This document shows positions 16,286 through 28,675 of a DNA stretch of 64,000 nucleotides, piece by piece. Source of the DNA: Calcarisporiella thermophila CBS 279.70 (lineage: Eukaryota > Fungi > Calcarisporiellomycota); contig NW_027192218.1 of assembly GCF_041956535.1 (NCBI RefSeq), positions 306,784 to 370,783 of the forward strand. Reading direction: 5' to 3'. The notes under the pieces were generated by a model that was not told the DNA's origin, did no database searches, and was given only the letters and a program-made list of their open reading frames with translations. The position numbers were made by a program, and so were the translations under genes. Numbering within the stretch: the first letter of the stretch is position 1; each line of letters starts with the position of its first letter.

Positions 16286-17349
16286 AATTCTTTTTTTATT
16301 GCATCACCAATATTCTTACTATCTTTTATTAAATTTTGAATGTTTTATCTTCAGCAAATAACAGATTAATTCTTGCTACTACATATTTTAGAATTGCGAT
16401 GTATGCCCCTGCCAAAGCTGAAACAAGCCAATGATCGCACCCACAATCGCAGTGGAGCAATAAATTCAACCTTTGTTGCCCCGGAGGAATCAAGTGTGGT
16501 AGAGGTCTATACTACCAATCTAACTAAATTACCCCTCAATAAAGACGCAGCAATAGGGGAAAAAAATGAACAAGGCTATATCATCTCCATTGCTGATTAG
16601 GCATGTATCTGTCAATTGCTTGTATTAATAACTTGGAATTTCTGAATTTTTGAAACAAGAAATGGCTCTAAATAGTTCACTTGTAGTAATAAGGATAGCT
16701 CAGAGTCTTTGTGTCCCATATGTTAGCAGCTCTTCGTCTAATGTTCCATGGAATTGCTAGTTCGTATCAGGATTTTCCCTATTTTCCCATCAGATTTTAC
16801 CCCCAAAACTCTCTCTAGTATCCAATTAACCTACGTATCTCAATTGAGATACAAACCGAAATTGGACTTTTCATCAGATTATTAATCCGGTTAGAGGCTA
16901 TTGGAGGTTGCTATCGAAAATGCTCGCTATAAACATTATTAATATTCATCCTATTCACTTCTCGTATTTAACTAGTGCACATCTTTCAGAACATAATCCC
17001 TCCTTGGCACAAGGTAACGAAATTCGCGCTACCATTATAGAGCATCTTACAAATTGTATTTGTGACTATTAGTAGTTCTCACGGTTTTTTTGGCCTAGAA
17101 ATCTTTGTTGACTCAACGGATTCCGATAATCAACAAATGACATTTTCTATCAGCCCACAAAAATCTGTTTCTCTAGAGCCAACTTGGCTATCACCTTATT
17201 TTTGAAAAAAAACGTAAAATCTTCCCCACCTCCTCGTCCCCCTCTCTGTTCTCTTTCTTTCTCTCCCTCTGAACGAGTTTTATATTGATTGCTGTGCTGC
17301 ATATTGTGTTTTTCTTTGTGATCGTTTCAATTCTAATTCATAAAATCAC

Positions 17350-18560
17350 ATGGCAGCGGATACTGCTGCCACTTCTACCTCGCTGATCCGTACCACTGAT
17401 CGCCCTACACCAGATTCAGCCTCGCCCACCGTATCACCTTTTGTCAAAATTGTCTCCGCATGCGGAGGTGCGTTGATCACATCTCTTCTAGGTAAGGGTA
17501 TTCCTATTGTTTTCGAACTAGGGATTATACTAAAATTTTACCTTTTATAAGTAACACCACTGGATTTAATAAAAACCCGACTTCAGTCCCAAATCGACAC
17601 ACGGCATAATAGCTTCCTAAAATGCTGTGACACTCATAATCATTCTGTCTCCTGTAAGCAGAGTAGGCGGAAGCTGTGTGGGCTGTCGGTCGCTAAAATC
17701 GAGAGAGGAGGGGAAATGAAAGGGACTTTAGATGGTCTATCTAAGATTTTGCGCCATGAAGGAGTTAGCTCACTCTGGCGAGGTTTGTCGCCAACCCTGT
17801 AAGTCCTATGAATTCCACTTCTTCCTGTGTAAGTGTGTGCTGATATTTACCTCAAACCATCAGAGTCATGTCTGTTCCCTCAACGGTCATATACTTCATT
17901 GGATATGATTATCTACGCGATAATGTCCGCCTCCATACCACCTCACCCGTTCTGCACGAATATGCGCCTCTACTCTCCGGCGCAACCGCTCGTGCTGCTT
18001 CCGCCATCATCATATCTCCCCTCGAGCTCTTCCGCACACGTCTCCAATCACCTCAAGGTCACCACTTTGGTTTTCGCGGGGTGTTAGGAGGTGTGGTCGC
18101 CATGGTTCAGGGAGAGGGCGTGCTCTCACTATGGCGCGGAGTAGCTGCTACCCTCTGGAGAGATGTTCCCTTCTCGGCACTCTACTGGTATGGTTACGAA
18201 AAGACTAAATACCTGCTTGAGCAAAGATGGCGAAGAGAAGGCGAGACTCGGATGTTCGAGATTGCTTTTTTGTCCGGAGCAATATCCGGGTCTGTGGCCG
18301 CGACCTTGACCACACCATTCGATGTGGTCAAGACCCTAAGACAAGTAGAGCAAAATGGCCAGCTTGATCTTGTGGGCACACCTCAGCGAGTGAGAACCCC
18401 ACGGCGAACATTCAAGATGATGCAATGGGTAGTTCGAGAGAGAGGGATTAGAGGGCTGTGGGCGGGATTGGTCCCACGAGTTGCAAAAGTTGCGCCTGCA
18501 TGTGCAGTGATGATTTCAAGCTATGAGGTTGGGAAGGAGCTGTTTGGAAGAAACCTGTAG
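17350..18560 (+). CDS. MTM1: Mitochondrial carrier, Mtm1/SLC25A39-40 subfamily; 3 exons
   Basis: Three carrier motifs (PLDLIKTRLQ, PLELFRTRLQ, PFDVVKTLRQ); subfamily motifs LWRDVPFSALYW and KVAPACAVMISSYE. Confidence 0.88.
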
Positions 18561-18759
18561 AATACGAATACGACTATAGAACCACTAAAATCATGTTTTT
18601 TATTGTTATCCTCCTATTTAATACATTTTCAATTCACCCTCTAAATAAACAAGGTCAGTTTTTGAAATGACCACTTACGCCTTAGATTGGGTAAAAGAGT
18701 GCTAGTGGGTGGAGGAAGTAACCGTTTCGCCTTATCGATGCTCCTTAGCAGTTTATTAT

Positions 18760-19502
18760 TCATTCCTTCTTCCAAATCAAGTCCTCTAGGCTCACAAACT
18801 CAACCCCCTTCTTCACTAGTTCATGCTCCACTTCCTCAGCTTGGTCTGGTCTCACCGCCTTTGTGCCGTCCCGGACTACTACCGTTCGAAATCCAAACTT
18901 TCTAGCATCAATACACGTTGCACGCACACAATAGTCGAGAGCAAGACCCACGACGACCACGTTGGATATTTGATTGGAAAAGAGAAGCTTTGGAAGAGAG
19001 GTGAATTGGGTGTAAGCATTGTCAGCAAAGCCAGAGTAGGAATCGATGTGGGAATGGGTTCCCTTTTTGACGAAGTGAGAAATCCTTGAGACGTCTATGG
19101 CACTAGAAATCTCAGCGCCATGGGTCTCTTGCTAAAATGAAAATTGCACAGCTACTCAATCAGTCATGAATAACTGCGGGATATTTAGAAAAAGGAATCT
19201 AAACGAACCACGCAATGTATTGGCCACAAAACCTGCTTTTCTTCTCTCCCCTCCATTGAAACGCTCACGACATCCAGCACTTGTTTACCATGGTGCGACT
19301 TTGCAAAACTTACGTGATCTAAGGGATGCCAATCTTGTGTTGCTACTATCAGGCGGAATGGATGTTCTTTCTCATTGAGAAGGGTAGAGATAGGTTGGAG
19401 GATTTTAAGAGAATCTGGGACAGCAAGGGCGCCTCCCTCGAGGAAATCATGCTGAAGGTCAACAATAAGTAGGCAGGTGTATGCGGGATCAAGAGGATGC
19501 AT
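18760..19502 (-). CDS. PNC1: Nicotinamidase/pyrazinamidase (isochorismatase family); 2 exons
   Basis: VDLQHDFLEGGALAV, TQDWHP, LWPIHCV|QETHGA, KKG..DSYSGF, GLALDYCV catalytic motifs. Confidence 0.92.
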
Positions 19503-20717
19503 TGTAGATCGAAGACTCTGGCAGTTATTAGCTATGGAATTATAGGATGAAGTGTAGCCTAGAATTTTGATTAATATATCTCTGATTCAACGCGAAATTA
19601 CCAATTTTTGATAAACTGCTCTTATTATGTTAATTGGCTGAGTAAAATAAGGGGGTTAGAGCACTAGCCATAATGAAGTTAATGTTCTTCCACACGTCTC
19701 TTGGCGTTATCGTGCATAATGACAATGTTAAAAAAACAATAACGGCCTCTATACTTCAATATTCTTACCATCTTCAAAAGTAATCTTACTACATATGGAT
19801 TCATTTAATATTGACACGCTTTTAAGTGGAATAAAATCACAAGAGTGCCGAGTTAAAAGACCAAACCATGGATCCCCAAGTAATCAAATCATACCGAACC
19901 TCCTTAGTCTCAAAATGTTTTTACCTTCCTTGTAGTCATTTCTTTATATGGGCCATGGCCTTCAAAGTGAACACGTAGGAAATTAGGTTATACCTAGTCC
20001 ATCGTTTGCAGTACATATAGCTAAGTAGATCCACCCGTTTCTGACATGGAAATGAGCCTCTAAAGCGGGTCTCTATATCTTATCATTGTTAGCTGTTATC
20101 GTTACCAACTTGCCTTGGATTTATATGGACCCTATTTCAAACTCCCTCTGATTTCCTCGATGCTAGAAATTAATAATACCGATATATCGAGACCCAAATA
20201 GCAGTCAATGGAATTTGTGTGTTTGCCAAGCTAGAGTGCTTCAATCATAGTCACCTGCAACTTTATAACCAAAGAAACAATAATCCATCTCGATAAATGC
20301 TCTTCTGATTGAGCTTGCATCAATCCCAAGATGAGTACTCTAACATAATAGGCTTATATGATTTAAAAGTTGTGGTTAGGAGGATTTCCACTGCCAAAGT
20401 ACCGCATGATGTGGTTGCAGAAAAGCATACTGGGCTGTAATTTGGCTGGAGCTTATCCGTATTGGAGTAGGTAAGCGTTATCAGACGAAATGGGACTGAC
20501 TGAAACTTGGTGGCATTCTTTTGAAATTTTGCTCTAAATTTTTATTGTGGGATATCGTAAATACTCTGGCACTTGCTGTTCCGTTAAGAAGGATTAATTT
20601 AGCACTGTCGCTTTATTTTTGCTCCTCCTTCTCCTGCACTACAGCTATTCTCTCAATTAGTGTCAGTTACTCTGGCTCAAAGGCCTTGAAGTCCATAAGA
20701 TTATCCGATTACTGGAA

Positions 20718-22553
20718 ATGAAAGGCAAAATAAGCATTGAGCATTTCGGAGTAATCGCCATCATCACCGTTGGGTAAGTTGAAAATACACTCATAGCCAG
20801 TGCTTGAGAGATGCTTTTTTACATAATTGAATCTGGCGCTGTGCTATTCGTTTCTTTTTTTTTTTAAAATGTATGCAAATCTAACTGTGTGTCCGTTTGG
20901 AAACTCGCTTTTAATAGACTACCAGCTCGAGGCAAAACCCATATCGCTCGTTCATTGACCCGGTATTTGCGCTGGCTGGGCATCCAGACCCGCGTTTTTT
21001 CGGTTGGAAACTATAGACGACAGCTTGTAGGCACAAAACCAAACGAGTTTTTTAGTCCTGGTAATTTGTACTTTTTGAACTTTTCATTGTTAAACCATGT
21101 TATAATAGTGTCCGCCATTTAGGAAATGAGGAGACATCGGCTCTTCGCAAAAAGGTGGCCGATACATGTCTTGAGGATATGATACAATGGCTTACCACCG
21201 GAGGAGGACAGGTCGGAATCTATGATGCAAGCAATACACTTGAGGAACGTCGCCGTGAGCTTGTGCAGCGATTGAATGGGTCTGGAATTCAGATAGTTTT
21301 TATAGGTAATTTCGCTTGAACTTTTTTGATCTTTGTCGACTTCCTATTGGAAATGGACCAACCATATGATGACATTATTGTTGATATTGAGTAGAATCCA
21401 TATGCGATAAACCAGAAATCATTGATGCAAATATACGAAGCGTGAAAATTTCCTCGCCTGATGTAAGTGGATCTATTATTCTGTTGAAGAAAAAAAGATT
21501 CAACTGATCAGCAATCTCCTTTGTATTTTCACCTTAGTATGTTGGCTGGGATCCAGAAGAAGCTGTGTGCGATTTCAAGGTGAAGCTCATCATATTTGCT
21601 CTCTGGTAGAACTTTATTCTAACTAAGACTACATCTTCACATTTTTTTCTTTCTAGAATCGTATCAATAATCATGTTCCTTTTTACCAAACTATAACTGA
21701 TAATAGCGTCAGCTATGCAAAGGTGATGAACGCGGGGGAACGAATCATCAGTAATAATATCAATGGATATCTCCAAGTAACGTCGAAATAGTATTGGATC
21801 GTTTGACGAAACGCAGTGCTCTTACTTTTTGCTTTGCTTTCTTAGACTCGAATCGTGTACTATCTCATGAATTTGCATATATCTCCTCGTATCATCTATT
21901 TTGCACGCACTGGCGAATCCCTCAACGAATCCTCCTATAAAGCAGACGCAGAACTTTCCCCTGCTGGGCATCGCTATGCTGAAGCACTTAAAAACTTTCT
22001 CCTTGGCTACCGTGATCGGGCTCGGAACTTGAGTTCTGATGGGTGGGAAACCGAGCGCCCACTGACGGTATGGACTTCTGCACGAAAACGCTCCGTGCAG
22101 ACCGCGCAGCACTTTGAAGCAGCAGGTATATTTGTCCGCAACCAGACGCTGCTCACCGACATTAACCCTGGCGAGTGCGATGGGCTTACCCCCCAGCAGA
22201 TTCGAGAGAAATTCCCCGAGGAGTTCGAGAGAGCCCAGCAAGACCCTTACCACCACCGATATCCGCGCGCGGAATCCTACCATGATCTTGCCGTGCGCCT
22301 TGAGGGATGCATTCTGGAACTCGAGCGAGAGAAGAACGATGTGCTTATTATCGCGCACGACTCTGTGCTACGATGTTTGTATGCCTATTTGTTTGGAAGG
22401 CCAGAGTCTGAGATCCCCAAGATTGCCATCCCACGGAACTACTTGATTGAGATCCGGCCTTCAGCCTATGGGTGTCGTGAAAAACGGCTAGAGATACCTG
22501 TGGGGGTGGTGAATGAAGAGGTCAAGGCTGAACACGAATTGAACCAAAAATAA
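20718..22553 (+). CDS. 6-phosphofructo-2-kinase/fructose-2,6-bisphosphatase family protein (YLR345W-like; phosphatase His replaced); multi-exon
   Basis: Spliced ITVG|LPARGKTH Walker A, RYLRWLG, VKISSPD, YYLMNLH, RYPRAESY. The phosphatase RHG motif reads RTG. Confidence 0.88.
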
Positions 22554-22716
22554 TGGGCTCATTCTCTGGTTATAGCGAGTGCATCTTGTTTGTTCTTTCC
22601 TTTTATTTTTTTAAATATAATTCTCTTTGTAATTTAAAATATGGACTCAATTATCATAACAGAGAATAAAATAATGTCAGAAAAAAGCAGAAAAAAAAGT
22701 TGATCTCTTAAAAAAT

Positions 22717-22789
22717 TGGTTCTACTGAGACTCGAACTCAGATTACAGGATTCAGAGTCCTGGGTGCTAACCAATTACACTATAGAACC
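22717..22789 (-). tRNA. tRNA-Gln (anticodon CTG)
   Basis: Reverse complement GGTTCTATAGTGTAATTGGTTAGCACCCAGGACTCTGAATCCTGTAATCTGAGTTCGAGTCTCAGTAGAACCA forms a full cloverleaf; T-run terminator follows. Confidence 0.97.
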
Positions 22790-22882
22790 AAGCCGATTTT
22801 TGGAATCATTAATATAATAATTATTGGGAAAAAAAGGATGGGAAAATCTTCCTTTTAGTCGTTTTTATGCAGTTAACAGGAT

Positions 22883-23802
22883 AGGATACTTTTCAATAAA
22901 GGTCTTTTGCGAAAAAAAAAAGAATAGCCGTTTTTATGCAACTCGAAAAGTTAATAAAAAATAGGTAAAACAGCAAGGGAATTTTAAGCGCTTCTGAGAG
23001 TAAAGCTACAGAAGTTCGTCGAATCATGAAAAACGAGACCACTATCCCTGATATGAAAGATCCACCTAGTATATGGACAGGAGAATTTTATATTTGAAAG
23101 TGGTGCACAGCCAACACAGTGGAAACCATAATACATGCTTACCTGGAATGCCCATCCCTAAATCAGCTATGACAAGCAGTAGACGGTTATGTTTGCCGTA
23201 TTCTTGGTGTGAGAGCCCACGAATCAACCAAGGAAGGCAGACTATTTGGAATAGCTCACAGAACCATGGCCAACCAACGGGAAGTAGTGTCAAATTTCCA
23301 GGATACGGCAATATGGGTCATCTATGGATTCGGATTAACAAAAATAATGAATAATGCCCCGCCGAAGAAGCACTCATTGAAAAACTAGGACACGAGATGC
23401 AAAAAATCGGGAGATCCATTTGGTGGTCTGCGTCCACAAAGGATAAAAAAGCAGAGTTCTAAGAATTTTGGTGCAAATGAAGTTGGATATGGCGACTTTG
23501 CCGAATATCCTATCACACGCGCCTGCTTCCTCATTGGACTCAGCATCCCAACATCTCCATCCTTTATTTTACTCACGCTACAGATTTTATTCTAATTTTT
23601 TTTTTGTTTTTTTCTTCTCCTTCTCGTATTTTTACTTTCCTCTCTCCATGAAAAGTAGGAAGGGTATACACAAGCTCTGTACACCCCACAATTCTTGCAT
23701 GAATTTCTTGTTTTTAGATGTTTATCAATCATCTTTATTAAGTACGAAAAAGGATACTTTTTAATAAAGATCCTCCTAACAAAAAAAGCCGTTTTTATTC
23801 AA
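22883..23802. repeat. Degenerate ~55-bp direct repeat (22883-22941 and 23751-23802) bracketing the LINE remnant
   Basis: aggatacttttcaataaaggtc..aaaaaa..agccgtttttatgcaa versus aggatactttttaataaagatc..aaaaaaagccgtttttattcaa. Confidence 0.7.
22970..23750 (+). mobile_element. Decayed 3' end of a non-LTR retrotransposon (LINE, L1/Tx1-like ORF2 CCHC region plus putative 3' UTR)
   Basis: The frame at 23095-23388 reads *KWCTANTVETIIHAYLECPSLNQL*Q..DTAIWVIY, the LINE zf-RVT CxxC..ET..H...ECP..W..IWxIW pattern with stops at the expected C and W codons. After a frameshift it continues ..AEF*EFWCK. Boundaries approximate. Confidence 0.75.
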
Positions 23803-25476
23803 TACCTTGGGTTGGTGTAGTGATTTGGGACAGCGGAGTCAAACACTATGTTGCGAGTTGAGTTCGAGTAGGCAAAACTCGTCCATGAGAGTTTGCCAAG
23901 TCTTTTTCTGGACTTAACAAGCAGGTAATATCAGGTGGCTACAAATATATTATTGGCACCAAAAACACTTAGGAGAAACCCAACTACAAAAATGGGGAGT
24001 CGGGGGCAGTACCTGGGTGGTTTTGACGTAGAATATGCCATTCAATTCAGATAAAATTATCAAGTAGACGTAGATAATACGTCTCAAGGGAGAAAAAGAA
24101 TCGGTTTATGCAATTCTATCCATGTTGATTGTCAGGAAGGATTATATAACTCTACATCAAACTAAGCAGAGTGTGGGCATTAGAGCTGCCTACCCTGTCA
24201 CCAGACCTTCGTAAGGCTCGCCTTAGGATGTCTGATCAATACTCCAGCAACTGTATGAGAGTACTTATTTGGGGCCAGTTGTAACGTCTAAATCAATCGA
24301 TCCAAAGTATTTCTATTCTTTGTCAGTTAGTGGTAATATGAGAGCTTATAGATTGAGAGAATATCTCCTTAATACTTGGGACGGTCTACTCTAACTATTA
24401 TCCTTATGCGGCATATGTTAGAAGTTAGCTAAGCCATGAATAAACCGACTTGTACCACAATCTGTCAAATTATATTTAAGCTTGTTAGGAAGCTATTAAG
24501 AATGAATGATATTCAGAGAATAGGCAGACGCCACTCCGATTCCCAATTTTAAGAGATTTGTCCACATCATAAAAGTTGAAGTGTGATTATAAAGCTTGAA
24601 GAAGGCAGTCGAGCAAATGAGGGTCAGGTACGGCGCAAGTCAAGCCAAATGAGGATGTAAAACATTTTAATGTGGTTAAACTTTCCGATCAGTGCTTAAT
24701 GGAAAAACCGCTTATTATGCATGGCTTGTGACATACAGTATTTATAACCAAATGAGCATCTGACTAAAGAAATATCAGCATCGGTCCAGAGTAGCTTTTA
24801 GCTGTTACTCGATGCAAATTTGGATTACCTAGTCGATATGCAGCTAACCACATCACATGTTTGTTGGATGGGGTTTAAGAAATTATCTCGTAATATATAT
24901 GAGGCGAATCACTTTATTTTCAGTGGAGCGAATGCCCAGAGTCCACCTCTTTCACTAACGGATATCTTAGGTTCCCAAGTCTGCCTCCATTAGAATCCAT
25001 TCCAATGGGTACCGTTTGAGCTTGAGGACTCAAAATCCAAGTGCTTTATTTTGGGGAGGGAGAGATGGGCTGTTGTGGGCTGGCTGCACCGAGAAGTAGT
25101 TGGAGTCTTCTAAAGGCTGGAAATAAACAGTGCGTGACACAGCAAACCTGTACTCACGCTTTATTGATTAGGCAGCATTAATATATTTCCGCCTCTTTAT
25201 GGTTCGATGGTTTTTTCATGGCGTAAAAAGCACAGAGAGTGTGTGAGATGTAGGTTATCGAAATTGTCCGAGTTAAGCAAAATGAATACGCCCAGGATTC
25301 ATTTATGAAAAACCCCCGAACTTTGAAAAATAAGTATAGTCGCTTTTTACTTGCTAAATACCCTCGTAACTTTATTATTCCGGTCTTTAGCTCTTTTCGT
25401 TTCTTTTTCCTCTTTATCTCTTTTTTTTTTATCCTCTTCATTTTGCCATTCGAGACTTACCTGCAAACCATCCATA

Positions 25477-27983
25477 ATGCCGTCGGATAAAATTCCTAAA
25501 GGGAAGGATATCAAAATGAGCGCGGCCGAGAGAGAGAAGGCTCTTGAGCGTAGGCGACAGGTGACCGATCTCAAAAATAACCTGAAGTAAGGAATGGTGC
25601 TCGACATATTTTCTTTTCTCGCTACTAAACCCTTATTAACTAATTATAGGCAAGGCCAACTTCCCACTAATGAACAAATCACTACGAGGCTGCAAAAGAT
25701 AACTACTAATGAGGACTTCCATAAAGTGCGCGAAAAAATGTCCTCGAACGGCCAAAGTGCTATGACTTCGCTCGACCACGTACTTCTTACTATGAAGCGC
25801 ATAGTAGAGGAGAAAAACGCCAAAGGACAACTTCAAAAGGCGGTATTCCATGCAACTAAAGCATCGAATCGGTTATCAGGTAAATTTCTTTACGTAAAAG
25901 AATCTAATTTTTTAGCGGAGCCCAATTTATTTTCTCTTGCATCTCATGTCCAAACACGAACACATACTTTTTTTTTTTTTTGCTAAACAGAGGCCGCTCA
26001 GAAAAAAGGCAAAGAAGCAGCCGAGGCTTCGACTAGTGGTGCGGCTGACGAGCCCACCACGGCCGAGATCTTCAAGAAGTCAGGAAGCAAAATTCTTCAC
26101 ATTGCTCGCCTCTTGGTTACCAGCTCGCAGTTTCGCAAGTTGATAAATGACCTCAACAATTTCGCTCTGGATACAATTCGCACCAAGATGCCGCGAAATG
26201 AACGACTAGGCGTGCAACCTGGTGAGCGAAGTGCAGGTTCCGAGGACGCGGAGGCCACACGAGGGGGAATCGAGTACCTCCTCGAAACCACCACCCGCTC
26301 GAGCATTAGGCCGATCGCGAGTGCCACGAAAGATATCGTGGCTCCACACTTTGACAAGTATGAATCCGGAGAGGCTTCAATGACGGATGCTATAACGGGA
26401 AGCGCAAAGGAAATCTCAGGCAATCTAAAGCAAGTGTTTACTTCGCTCGAATTTAATGATGAACAGCGCGAGCGCCTTACCGAAAGATTCCGGAATATCG
26501 TGCTCGAGGCCCACGAGAATAAAAGTTATCGCGAAGCTCTCGAGGATTTACTGCAGCTGCTCTCCCTCTTAAAGCAACGGACTCTGAAGGCCCGGGATAA
26601 AATAACCGATCTACCCAAAACGCAGACGGAGGACACGCCCGACTCGGAAAACGACGCGAAAATAGCGAAAGAAAATCTGATCGATTTGCTCCAGAATTTT
26701 GCGGGCGGACGTCCAGTAGAGCCCATGGCCAACGTGTTGAATGAACTCATTAATAACATGCGCAATGACAAGGAGCTAGAACAGTACACTAAGGACCTCT
26801 ACGAATTTGTAAGTCGCTCACTTCGTGACGCCGATTATGTTCGCGAGACAAAATATATCTCCACCGGCTCTGAGCTTATCAAGCGCGCGCGTCAAGTGCT
26901 TGTTGAGAAGCATAAGCCACAAGTGGAGCGCCTATCTGACGAGATCTCTGGGTTCAACAAGGCTTTACAAGAGGATCCGCTCTCCTCGACCATTGCACAC
27001 GACTTTGAACAGCTTGGTCGCGATATGTTCCTTGATGAACACGGAAAGGCCTCGTTTAAGCCCGAATTAGCGAAGGATTTTGTCCTCATCCTTCCATTAT
27101 TGACCCGCGAGCTCAAGTACATCCCGCTTCCGCGCATTGAGGGCTCTAATAAGAAAGCGGATTACAACTTTGATAATATCGTGTTGGGTATCACACACAT
27201 TGCACCAGACTATGTCCGTCTTCGAACCGACTCGCGATATCACCGTTCAGACAAAGCGGAAGCAGGAGCTAGTTTTGAGAACAGACTGCGCTTGACCATT
27301 TCCCACGTGCAGGCCGCCGCCAATGACGTGGATTTCTATGTCAAATATAAAGAGTTTCCTCGTTTGACCGAACGAGGGCTTGCCGATGTCAGCGTGGCTG
27401 GAAAAGGTATCACAATAGACTTGGAAGTTCAGCCGGTCAGCGAAAAGGATCACGCACTTAAGCTTGTCAAGTGCAAGGTGAAGATTGATAAGCTCAAACT
27501 GAAAATCCATGGGAGCAAGCGAGAGTAAGTAATGAGAGAGAGAACTAATATCCACTTAATCCTTTAGTGATTAATCCATTCATTTTGTGACTTGAAAACA
27601 GTCTTCTATATAAGATCTTCAATCCGCTGATCAACTCAACTGTGAAGGGACAGGCCCAAAAGGGCATACGTCAGGCAATCGAGCAAGGAATTCGACGCAC
27701 CGACCAAAAGATTATCGATATGAATCGTAAAAACGCTGAGAAGGCCAAACTCAACAAAGAGAAGCGGGCCAAAGCCAAGGAGGAGGCAGAGCGAAAGAAG
27801 GAGGAAGAAAAGCAAGAGCAAAAGAAAGAAGAGGAGAAGCCCAAAGACACCACCGAGAAAACAGAGGTCGAGAAATCAGAGACCGAGAAGGCTGCTCCAA
27901 AAGTGGATGCGTCTGCGGGAACGGGGCCAAAAGTACCTGTGAATCCTGCCGATTTGCCGGTGGAAACGGTTCGTGAAGAGTAA
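25477..27983 (+). CDS. DUF5923/DUF4449 (HAM1-like, BPI/TULIP-fold C-terminus) protein; multi-exon
   Basis: GQLPTNEQI, LVTSSQFRKLIND, YIPLPRIE..FDNIVL and RGLADV..GITIDL..KVKIDKLKLKI are typical of this fungal family. Confidence 0.7.
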
Positions 27984-28179
27984 CTAAAAGTATAATTATA
28001 CTCGAAGAGTACATAGTTATGTAATGACGGGAACAATCTGTTCATTTTTGTTTTTTTATTGTTTGTTTTTTAACATTAATTACCATATCCTTAATACGTA
28101 ATAGCGCTAATATAAAAATAATCTAGATAATATTAGCTTTTCTGACTTTATTATTATTGTGGGCAAAAGAACAGCCATT

Positions 28180-28252
28180 TGGTTCTACTGAGACTCGAAC
28201 TCAGATTACAGGATTCAGAGTCCTGGGTGCTAACCAATTACACTATAGAACC
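28180..28252 (-). tRNA. tRNA-Gln (anticodon CTG)
   Basis: Identical to the 22717-22789 copy; only a T4 terminator downstream. Confidence 0.96.
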
Positions 28253-28336
28253 GAATTGACGTGTTGGAGTCACATCAAGGTATCTACAGTAGGATAACCA
28301 AGCCAAGCCACATAGTCCCTTAAGCCCTGTTATTCG

Positions 28337-28675
28337 GGGGGAGGGTTAGTGTAGTGGACTATCCCTGGTATGCCGACGAGAACGGCGTGGGTTCGAATCC
28401 CACTTCCCCCACCAGTACTTACTCTTAGTTTGTGACTGCTGTCCACTTGTTCAGAAATTGAGTCTTGATTATTGAAAATATCGCTCCTACAAAAAGTACA
28501 AAGCTTACATCGGTTTCACGTACAGGCTATTCACGACAACTACGATACACGCATATCAATTGAACACCTATCTATCAAAGACCTATATCTCGTCATGTTA
28601 AGTCCATTGACATTAACTTCATGTAATATTTGGAAATTAAATAAAATGTTTCCATTGATTGATCAAAAAAAAAAA
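28337..28675 (+). mobile_element. tRNA-derived SINE (SINE2) with poly(A) tail and 17-bp TSD
   Basis: A box TAGTGTAGTGG 28347-28357; B box GGTTCGAATCC 28390-28400; head ends ..TTCCCCC-A-CCA; no run of 4 or more T inside; A11 at 28665-28675; TSD ttaagccctg(t/c)tattcg at 28320-28336 and 28676-28692. Confidence 0.88.

Noticed and set aside
16835-16852. Perfect 18-bp palindrome GTATCTCAATTGAGATAC
   Set aside because: A 9-bp-arm palindrome is not unlikely by chance in 64 kb; no supporting context.
28336-28414. Functional tRNA-Leu(GAG) or tRNA-Sec
   Set aside because: No canonical anticodon arm, no TCA anticodon, no terminator; embedded in a TSD-flanked poly(A) element.
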